This document shows, one piece after another, positions 1-6,880 of a DNA stretch of 30,554 nt. Each line of letters starts with the position of its first letter. The first letter of the stretch is position 1. A model generated the notes under the pieces. The model did not search any database. It had not been told where the DNA came from and saw only the letters and a program-made list of their open reading frames with translations. A program made the position numbers and the translations under genes. The DNA lies in assembly GCA_011049495.1 (NCBI GenBank), contig DSBF01000034.1, positions 1 to 30,554 on the forward strand. Reading direction: 5' to 3'. This DNA comes from Ignavibacteria bacterium (GTDB taxonomy: Bacteria > Bacteroidota > Ignavibacteria > Ignavibacteriales > Melioribacteraceae).

Positions 1-143
1 AAAGCTTTTTGATCACCCTTCTTGATTTTTTTAGCAAGTTCAATTTCTTCGTCGGCTGTTAGTAAATCTACTTTACCGATTTCCTGCAAATATTTATCTA
101 AGGATTGGCTTTCACGATTTGTAAATTGCTTAGTGATCTTCAA
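1..143 (-). CDS. rpoD: RNA polymerase sigma-70 family factor, RpoD-like, short Bacteroidetes/Chlorobi type lacking region 1.1 (5' part only; runs off window edge)
   Basis: Not in ORF track. Manual translation from TTG at 143-141 gives [47 protein letters not shown], a sigma region 1.2 motif ([21 protein letters not shown]). SD AGGAG lies 7 nt upstream and overlaps the TAG of the preceding gene. Confidence 0.88.
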   Translation of the reverse strand, partial: MKITKQFTNRESQSLDKYLQEIGKVDLLTADEEIELAKKIKKGDQKA

Positions 144-153
144 ATGAAAACTC

Positions 154-426
154 CTAATTGATTTCCGAATTAATTGAATCAACAATACCAACAATAGATG
201 CATCAACCGGTGCCATATCAACAGAAAGCGGAATTACCGCTTCGCTTGCGGTTATATAAAAAACAATTTCACCGGGACCTGCACCAATTGTATCTAATGC
301 AACTATTGGTCTGCCAATATTTTCTTTTTTAGAATTTATCGGTTGAACAAATTGCATTTTATAATTCTTCACCGAATCATACTTTCGAGTAGCCCAGATA
401 GTTCCTATAACTTTACCAAGTATCAT
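154..426 (-). CDS. EutN/CcmL family bacterial microcompartment vertex (BMC-P pentamer) protein, paralog 2
   Basis: 90 aa. [15 protein letters not shown]-terminus, [14 protein letters not shown] core and [12 protein letters not shown]-terminus are typical of BMC-P. Confidence 0.93.
   Translation of the reverse strand: MILGKVIGTIWATRKYDSVKNYKMQFVQPINSKKENIGRPIVALDTIGAGPGEIVFYITASEAVIPLSVDMAPVDASIVGIVDSINSEIN
401..417. repeat. 17-bp exact direct repeat shared by the 5' ends of the two BMC-P genes (second copy at 705-721)
   Basis: gttcctataactttacc occurs at 401-417 and 705-721 and encodes GKVIGT in both genes. Confidence 0.8.
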
Positions 427-430
427 TAAA

Positions 431-730
431 TTAATTCTTTAAAGTTTCTTGAAGATTATCTTTAACGCTAACATCTAATTTATCAACAATAGCCATTATT
501 ACGGCATCGACAGGTTTGTTTTTGGTAATATTTGTTTGTCTTGCCGAACTGCCCAGTGCGGCAAGAACAATTTCGCCAACACCGGCTCCAACGGAATCAA
601 CTGCAACAACAAAATTTTTGAGTGGTTTATAATCGAGATCTAATTCCCGGACAATTAAAAATTTTGCGCCGACTAAATTTTCATCTTTACGAGTTGACCA
701 AACTGTTCCTATAACTTTACCTAATAACAC
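431..730 (-). CDS. EutN/CcmL family bacterial microcompartment vertex (BMC-P pentamer) protein, paralog 1
   Basis: 99 aa, GTG start, SD GAGGTGA overlapping the PIN stop. Motifs LGKVIGTVWSTRKD, VAVDSVGAGVGEIVL, GSSAR and PVDAVIMAIVD. Confidence 0.95.
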   Translation of the reverse strand: MLLGKVIGTVWSTRKDENLVGAKFLIVRELDLDYKPLKNFVVAVDSVGAGVGEIVLAALGSSARQTNITKNKPVDAVIMAIVDKLDVSVKDNLQETLKN

Positions 731-738
731 TAATCACC

Positions 739-1125
739 TCACAAATTATTTGGATCAATTATTTTAATTCCGGTTAAAGAATATTTTTCCTTGTTATAAG
801 TTACAATCGGCAACTTGCTGATTTTTGCCGTTGCACAAAATAAAGCGTCTCTTACAGAATCAACTTTATCAATAAACTCATTAACCAACAAACTGTAACG
901 AGAATGAAAACCAAGAACATTAACCGAACGCATTAGTGCATCAACTAACTTTTTTTCTTCTTTTTTTCGAGAAGCAAAATATAACTCAGCGGAATTTATA
1001 ACAGTTGTAAAACAAATTCCACATTCCATAACTTTTTCTAAATCGGATTTTGTATTTTTTTCATGTGTTAAATGCTGAAATAAAACATCCGTATCAATCA
1101 TATATTCATTTTTCTTATTGCTCAT
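739..1125 (-). CDS. PIN-domain (VapC-like) protein, putative ribonuclease
   Basis: 128 aa with PIN motif order YMIDTDVL ... TTVINSAELY ... RDALFCATA ... PIVTYN. The first three acidic positions are kept; the fourth is Asn. Confidence 0.8.
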   Translation of the reverse strand: MSNKKNEYMIDTDVLFQHLTHEKNTKSDLEKVMECGICFTTVINSAELYFASRKKEEKKLVDALMRSVNVLGFHSRYSLLVNEFIDKVDSVRDALFCATAKISKLPIVTYNKEKYSLTGIKIIDPNNL

Positions 1126-1415
1126 ACAATAATTCTTTTAACAAAATCTGAATTTTTTAATTCCCCTTTTGAAATAAGAAAATCAAGAACAACGGCATCG
1201 GGCAAGGACTGCATTTCTTTTATTTTTACAAATGAGTGCAGATTAATTTTATTACTTATGGTAATTTTATTTTTATTATCAATACTTTCTGCGCTTGCTT
1301 CAACTATGCCTTTATTAACCAATGAGTTTATCTTTTCCTGCAGACCTGTAATGTTGCCTTCTTTATCCGGCACAAATTTGAAACCTTCCAAGAGAAACAA
1401 AAGAGAATCATTCAT
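1122..1415 (-). CDS. Hypothetical protein, 97 aa (possible PIN partner/antitoxin)
   Basis: ATG ORF overlapping the deoB stop by 8 nt and the PIN start by 4 nt (ATGA). I recognise no family. Confidence 0.7.
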   Translation of the reverse strand: MNDSLLFLLEGFKFVPDKEGNITGLQEKINSLVNKGIVEASAESIDNKNKITISNKINLHSFVKIKEMQSLPDAVVLDFLISKGELKNSDFVKRIIV

Positions 1416-2571
1416 TTAGAAAACTACTGCCCGATAAATTATTATTGATTTTGTAAAAATGAGCAACGGTTTGAGCCGCATCGGAAAATGTTTTCCTAAT
1501 TCCCAAATTTCTTCCGGCTTTGTTTTTCCGATAGAAAAGTAAAGGTACGTATTCTCTACTATGATCGGTACTTGGGGTAGTTGGATCATTACCATGATCA
1601 GCCGTTATAATTAATGCATCGGTTTCGTCCAGGTTTTCAAGAAAACTTGGAAGCCAATCATCGAATTCCCTAAGGGCGTTATAAAATCCAACCGTATCAT
1701 TTCGATGACCAAAGTATACATCAAAATCGACTAAGTTTATAAACACAAAGCTATTCTTCACGGCGCTTGTATAATGAATAAGTTTCGACATGCCCTCGGA
1801 ATTACTTTTGGCTTTTTCATTTACATCAATCCCGTTGTAATTAAAGAGATCACTTATCTTCCCGATTGCAATTGTTTGTATGTTATTCTGCTGAAGATAA
1901 TTCAGTATTGTATCTGAGGGAGGATTAAGCGAAAAATCTTTCCTGTTTGTTGTTCGATTGAAGTTACCCGGTTCGCCGATAAAAGGTCTGGCAATTACTC
2001 TTCCTACTGTATGTTGCCCTACTAAAACTTTATCGCGGGCAATTTGACAAATTTCGTATAGTCTTTCAACCGGAATAACATCTTCATGAGCGGCAATTTG
2101 AAAAACTGAATCCGCAGAAGTATAAACAATTGGGTAACCTGTCTTTACATGTTCAACACCGAGTTCATCAATAATTGCAGTTCCCGATGCCGGTTTATTG
2201 CCTAAAATTCCACTTACATTAGCTGCTTGTTTAAAATTTTCAACTACATCTTCCGGGAATCCGTTCGGATAATATGGAAAATCAAAATCAAGTTTAAGTC
2301 CGGCAATTTCCCAATGCCCCGTTGTGGAATCTTTTCCTTTAGACACTTCCTGCATTTTACCGTATGAAGCGAGAGGTTTAACTGACGGGGGGAGACCACT
2401 AATTTCAATTATGTTTCCTAAACCGAGCGATTGAAGGTTAGGGAGATTAAACTCTCCAATATGCTTTGCAATATTGGCAATGGTGTTGCTTCCTTCGTCG
2501 CCGTAATTACCGGCATCCGGCAATTCACCAACACCGACACCGTCAAGAATTATTATAAAAAAATTATTCAT
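1408..2571 (-). CDS. deoB: Phosphopentomutase
   Basis: 387 aa. Motifs IILDGVGVGELPDA..YGDEGSNT, GKDSTTGHWEIAG, YTSADSVFQIAAHE, RVIARPF, NLVDFD..FGHRND and TADHGNDPT..STDHSREYVP. Confidence 0.96.
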   Translation of the reverse strand: MNNFFIIILDGVGVGELPDAGNYGDEGSNTIANIAKHIGEFNLPNLQSLGLGNIIEISGLPPSVKPLASYGKMQEVSKGKDSTTGHWEIAGLKLDFDFPYYPNGFPEDVVENFKQAANVSGILGNKPASGTAIIDELGVEHVKTGYPIVYTSADSVFQIAAHEDVIPVERLYEICQIARDKVLVGQHTVGRVIARPFIGEPGNFNRTTNRKDFSLNPPSDTILNYLQQNNIQTIAIGKISDLFNYNGIDVNEKAKSNSEGMSKLIHYTSAVKNSFVFINLVDFDVYFGHRNDTVGFYNALREFDDWLPSFLENLDETDALIITADHGNDPTTPSTDHSREYVPLLFYRKNKAGRNLGIRKTFSDAAQTVAHFYKINNNLSGSSFLNE

Positions 2572-2573
2572 AA

Positions 2574-4481
2574 TTAATTTATACTCTTTACTGAATTTCC
2601 CCCTTTTTCAAGGGCTTTATTTAAGGCTAAGTTGGCATCACTTAATACAAGTTCAACATCGGTTTTATGTGACGCCGATGCAACACCAATCGATACAGTA
2701 AATGTTGTTTGTTTTGTTACAACTGCAATCGGTTTACGAGCAATTTTTATTCGTAACTTTTCGGACCATAAAAAAACATCTTTAGTAGTTGCATTAAAAA
2801 AGTAAACAGCAAATACTCGTTCATCCAAACGCCCGAATAAATTCAAAGGAGTAATTTCCTCGCGTATTGTATTAGCAATGGATTTTAGAACTTTCGGGAA
2901 AGGATTTCCTTCAAACAAAGAATCCTCTTCAATGAAATCGTCAATTTTAATTAAAGCAATTGCACCTTCGGCATTTAATTCATTCGCTTTAAATAAATCA
3001 TTTCTAAGTTGAGAAATAAATGCAGTGCTATTTAAAGCCCTTGTTTCAATATCAACCGATAAAAGAGATTTCAATATTTTCTGTGTAGAATAAGAATGCA
3101 CCATAAATGAAAATATCTTTGTCGATTGTTTCATGAATTGAACATCTTCAGTTGTATATAAATTTTTCTTCAGCGTTTCAAAACATAGTACACCGTAATT
3201 CTGATCATCGTAAACTAAAGGAATAGCGAGAAAAGAACCGTCAAAACTTATGTCTTCACTTTTTGTAAATCTGAAATACTCACCGGAAGAAGTATCATCG
3301 ATCTTAATCGGCATCCCGCTCAGTATGGCTTTTCCTACAATTGTTCCACCTAATTCAACTTCAAGATTTTCACCTATATATTTAAGTGTAGTTCTATTAA
3401 TAATTTTTGATGTTCTGAATTTTTGATCGGCAGGGTCGAAGTAAACAAAAGTAAAAGCACTCCAAGGAATTAATTCTGCAACTGCAGATTCCAACATATC
3501 AAAAAGTTCTTTCTCGTTGCTGAACCGTCTATCAATATTTAATACACCCAATAAAGATTTTAATCTTTGTTCGGCTTGCGATTCGGAAAATTTTTCTTCG
3601 AACAACGAAATTATTATTGATAGAACTCTTACAAATCTTCCCAAAGAATAAATAGTTTCTATCCCGAATGCATCATTTACCTTAGAGTCTAATGCAAGCA
3701 CACCGGCAAGTGATTTGCCATAGAATAAGGGAACACCAACAAAACTTTTTATACCCTGCTTAGAATTATAATAGCGAATAACATCTTTTTCTGCAGTAGA
3801 TGAAATATCAGTTAGTAGTTCCGGTTCTTCTTTTTTAACAATCTTACTTAATATGTCGTCTTCAATATCAAATTTTTGTTCCGTAATAAACTCACCGGAA
3901 CTAGAAACGAATTTCTCGAGTGTCAACCTTTCTTTATTTTTATTATACCAGAAGAAAATTGAAGTATGAGCCATAAATGCTTCTTTTACGACATTTAAAA
4001 TCTTTTCGAGGACAAAAGCAAACTGTTCATCATGAGATACGTTTTCAGGAAGTTCTTCTGTAGCAATAAATTCAAAATTTTGTTTCAGGTCTTGCGGTTT
4101 AAAAAAGTCTCTATTCTTAGAGACATTATCGCTAGGCACATAGTTTTCGCTAGTTATAACTTCAATTTTTTTTGTAGGGGAAACAATTTTAAAATCTTCT
4201 CCGTCATCAACTTCAAAAACGGATTTTGATTTTACGGAAGGTGTTTGTATCTCAACTTCATCGGATAATGAATCTTCAACAGTATTACTAAAAGATTCTT
4301 CTCTTACCGAATCGCGTAAGAAGATTATGAATCCAACATAAAGTACGAGTATAGCGGCGGTTATAATTTTTAGGACGAGATCATCTGCAAGAAACAGAAT
4401 TGTAATCAATACAGGAATAAGTGAAAATATCAAGATACGCTTTCTATTACGAATACTTATTCCCATAAAATTTTTTTGCAA
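2574..4481 (-). CDS. Membrane-anchored tandem-GAF protein with C-terminal degenerate GGDEF domain
   Basis: Two N-terminal hydrophobic segments, an acidic linker, and two GAF-like regions (SFVGVPL..GVLALDS; SFLAIPL..GVLCFET). The GGDEF-fold C-terminus (TVSIGVA, ANLALNKA..GGN) has RLDERVF in place of RxGG[D/E]EF. Start is TTG at 4481 or ATG at 4466. Confidence 0.8.
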   Translation of the reverse strand: MQKNFMGISIRNRKRILIFSLIPVLITILFLADDLVLKIITAAILVLYVGFIIFLRDSVREESFSNTVEDSLSDEVEIQTPSVKSKSVFEVDDGEDFKIVSPTKKIEVITSENYVPSDNVSKNRDFFKPQDLKQNFEFIATEELPENVSHDEQFAFVLEKILNVVKEAFMAHTSIFFWYNKNKERLTLEKFVSSSGEFITEQKFDIEDDILSKIVKKEEPELLTDISSTAEKDVIRYYNSKQGIKSFVGVPLFYGKSLAGVLALDSKVNDAFGIETIYSLGRFVRVLSIIISLFEEKFSESQAEQRLKSLLGVLNIDRRFSNEKELFDMLESAVAELIPWSAFTFVYFDPADQKFRTSKIINRTTLKYIGENLEVELGGTIVGKAILSGMPIKIDDTSSGEYFRFTKSEDISFDGSFLAIPLVYDDQNYGVLCFETLKKNLYTTEDVQFMKQSTKIFSFMVHSYSTQKILKSLLSVDIETRALNSTAFISQLRNDLFKANELNAEGAIALIKIDDFIEEDSLFEGNPFPKVLKSIANTIREEITPLNLFGRLDERVFAVYFFNATTKDVFLWSEKLRIKIARKPIAVVTKQTTFTVSIGVASASHKTDVELVLSDANLALNKALEKGGNSVKSIN

Positions 4482-4504
4482 TAATTAGTTGAAAAAGGCG
4501 ATGT

Positions 4505-4533
4505 ATTATAACAAAAGTTCAGTTAAATGTCAT
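4505..4533 (-). promoter_or_regulatory. Sigma70-type promoter heading the GAF-deoB-PIN-BMC-rpoD gene run
   Basis: Minus strand reads ATGACA (4533-4528), 17-nt spacer, TATAAT (4510-4505), with extended -10 TGn. Lies in the yihA/GAF intergenic region. Confidence 0.7.
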
Positions 4534-5114
4534 CAATAGAAGAGCTTACGAAGTCTGTTTACAATCTCTTTTTTCCCAGTTCCTTTCACTGCAGAGTGGA
4601 GCAGTAAATTATCCCCAAACGATACTTCCGGGAAGTATTCTAAAATTTCACTTTTACGTTTTGCTATTTCGCCTTGCTTAAGTTTATCAACTTTGTTTAG
4701 AATAATTGTAAAAGGAATATCGAGTGAGCTTAAAAAATCATTTAATACGATGTCAAGTTCGGTAGGATGATGACGTGCATCAATAAGATGAAACACAGTA
4801 ACTATTTGTCTTGAAGCTTGCAGGTATTCACCAATCAGCTTCTGCCATTTTTCCCTTTCCGTTCTAGAAACTTTTGCATATCCAAAACCCGGCAGGTCTA
4901 CAACATAAAATTTCTCATCAACAATGTAGTAGTTTATTGTTTTTGTTTTCCCGGGTGATGAACTTATCTTTGCAATATTTTTTCTACCGAAGATATTATT
5001 TATAAACGAAGATTTACCAACATTTGATCTGCCTGCTAAAACAATTTCTGGTAAGATCAACTTCGGAAGTTGATTTACTTTTGCAACAGATTTTATGAAT
5101 GAAATATTTTTCAT
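4533..5114 (-). CDS. yihA: Ribosome biogenesis GTP-binding protein YihA/YsxC (EngB)
   Basis: G1 GRSNVGKSS, G2 SSSPGKT, G3 DLPGFG, G4 NKVD. The likely start is ATG 5114 (MKNISF); the ORF track uses an in-frame TTG at 5132. Confidence 0.95.
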   Translation of the reverse strand: MKNISFIKSVAKVNQLPKLILPEIVLAGRSNVGKSSFINNIFGRKNIAKISSSPGKTKTINYYIVDEKFYVVDLPGFGYAKVSRTEREKWQKLIGEYLQASRQIVTVFHLIDARHHPTELDIVLNDFLSSLDIPFTIILNKVDKLKQGEIAKRKSEILEYFPEVSFGDNLLLHSAVKGTGKKEIVNRLRKLFY

Positions 5115-5118
5115 AGAT

Positions 5119-5151
5119 AAAAAAAAGAGCAACCGCTTGGTTACTCTTTTT
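5119..5151 (-). terminator. Intrinsic terminator downstream of rplQ
   Basis: Minus strand: AAAAA-GAGTAACC-AAGC-GGTTGCTC-TTTTTTTT. This is an 8-bp stem with one G-U pair, a 4-nt loop and a U8 tract. The A-tract on the other side makes it potentially bidirectional. Confidence 0.8.
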
Positions 5152-5176
5152 GCTTTAAAATCAATTTATGAACAAT

Positions 5177-5827
5177 CTATTTATCTTCTTTTTCTTCGGC
5201 AGCACTTTCATCAGTTTCGGAATCGGTTTTTTCTTCAGCAGTTTCAGATTTTACTTCTTCCTTTACTTCTTTTTTTGATTCTTCCGATTTCTTTTTAGAA
5301 GATGTTTTACGTTTGGTTGTTTCCTTTTCTGCTTTTTCTTCTTTATTGTCTTCTATAACTTCTGCTTCCTCGGCTTCTTCTTTCTTCGGAGCTTTTTTAG
5401 ATTTCTTTGCCTTTGCCTCTTCGGCAGTTTTTGATTCTTTAGTTTCTTTCTTTTTGGGAGCTGCAATTTCATTATAGTCAACAAGTTCAATAATTGCTAA
5501 TTCGGCAGCATCACCGGCTCTATATCCAAGCTTCACAACTCTTGTATAACCACCGGGACGATCACCGATTTTTTCTACAATTTCCGAGAATAATTCTTTC
5601 AGCACTTCTTTATCTTTAACAAATCGAGCAACATATCGTCTTGCACTTAGATCATTTTTCTTTGCTTTTGTAATCAATGGTTCAACAAATCTTTTGGTTT
5701 CTTTAGCCTTAGCAAGAGTTGTCTTAATTTTTTTATGTCTCAAAAGCTGAGTAGCCAATGCATTTAATGTAGCTAATCTGTGGCTGGCTGTTCTACCTAA
5801 TTTTCTACCTTTAACTCTATGTCTCAT
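5177..5827 (-). CDS. rplQ: 50S ribosomal protein L17 with long Lys/Glu-rich C-terminal tail
   Basis: MRHRVKGRKLGRTASHR...GGYTRVVKLG.R.GDAA core (about 120 aa) plus about 96 aa of low-complexity tail. Confidence 0.98.
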   Translation of the reverse strand: MRHRVKGRKLGRTASHRLATLNALATQLLRHKKIKTTLAKAKETKRFVEPLITKAKKNDLSARRYVARFVKDKEVLKELFSEIVEKIGDRPGGYTRVVKLGYRAGDAAELAIIELVDYNEIAAPKKKETKESKTAEEAKAKKSKKAPKKEEAEEAEVIEDNKEEKAEKETTKRKTSSKKKSEESKKEVKEEVKSETAEEKTDSETDESAAEEKEDK

Positions 5828-5848
5828 TATTAAACCTTACGGGATTTA

Positions 5849-6844
5849 TTAGTTTGTTTCAGTTTTTTCACGAATAAATTTATCGACGTCCATGCCGAAT
5901 TCAAGACCAAAATTTTCAACAATTTCAATCAATTCAGCAAGTGATTTTCTTCCGAAGTTTTTGAATTTAAGCATTTCACTTTCGTCTCTGCGCACGAGGT
6001 CTGCAAGAATTTTAATGTTGGCAGCTTTCAAACAATTATGCGAACGAACACTTAATTCCAGGTCATCAACATTAGTCAGCAGAATTTTTTTAATTCTTTC
6101 AGCTTCGGCATCTTTCTCACTTTCCACTTTATCTTCAACTTGTTCAACATCGAAGTTGATGAAAAGACTAACATGGTCACGCAAAATACTTGCTGCACTT
6201 GATAATGCATCCTCGGGTGTAATAGAACCGTCGGTTGTAACTTCTATAGTTAATTTTTCGAAATCATTACTTTCACCGATACGTACATTTTCAACATCGT
6301 AGCGAACATTTCTAATTGGAGTAAAAATAGAATCAATAGGAATTAGCCCAATAGTTTGATCCTGAATTTTTTGTTCGTTGCTTGGTATATATCCTTTACC
6401 GGTAGCAAAGCGTAATTCCATTATTAAGTTAGCGTCTTTATTTAGCGTTGCAATGTGAAGATCAGGATTAAGAATTTCAATATCGGCAGAAGCATCTTGT
6501 AAATCATTTGCAGTAAGTACACCCGGTCCTTTTAATGATAGTTCGATCTTATTCGCCTTCTTATTGATAATTTTCATTCGTACTTGTTTTAAATTAAGTA
6601 CGATCTCTGTAACATCTTCAACAATACCGGGTATTGAAGTGAATTCATGTAAAACACCTTCAATTTTCACAGCATTAATAGCCGCACCGGTTAATGAAGA
6701 TAAAAGAACTCTTCGAAGCGAATTTCCTAAAGTAACACCATAACCTCTTTCGAGGGGTTGCATAATGAATTTACCATAGCTTTCATTTGATGATTTTTCG
6801 TCAATTACTAATCCGTCGGGCAACTTTATAAAAGGATAGCTCAT
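5849..6844 (-). CDS. rpoA: RNA polymerase alpha subunit
   Basis: PLERGYGVTLGNSLRRVLLSSL, GVLHEFTSIPG, and CTD LELSVRSHNCLK...KNFGRKSL. Confidence 0.99.
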   Translation of the reverse strand: MSYPFIKLPDGLVIDEKSSNESYGKFIMQPLERGYGVTLGNSLRRVLLSSLTGAAINAVKIEGVLHEFTSIPGIVEDVTEIVLNLKQVRMKIINKKANKIELSLKGPGVLTANDLQDASADIEILNPDLHIATLNKDANLIMELRFATGKGYIPSNEQKIQDQTIGLIPIDSIFTPIRNVRYDVENVRIGESNDFEKLTIEVTTDGSITPEDALSSAASILRDHVSLFINFDVEQVEDKVESEKDAEAERIKKILLTNVDDLELSVRSHNCLKAANIKILADLVRRDESEMLKFKNFGRKSLAELIEIVENFGLEFGMDVDKFIREKTETN

Positions 6845-6880
6845 TTAGCTCCTCTTCTAATTTAATTCAAAATTTGTAAA

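Noticed and set aside
5177-5467. Repetitive ttc/ttt-rich DNA as a tandem repeat or CRISPR-like array
   Set aside because: There is no fixed repeat unit or spacer structure; it reflects Lys/Glu codons of the L17 tail.
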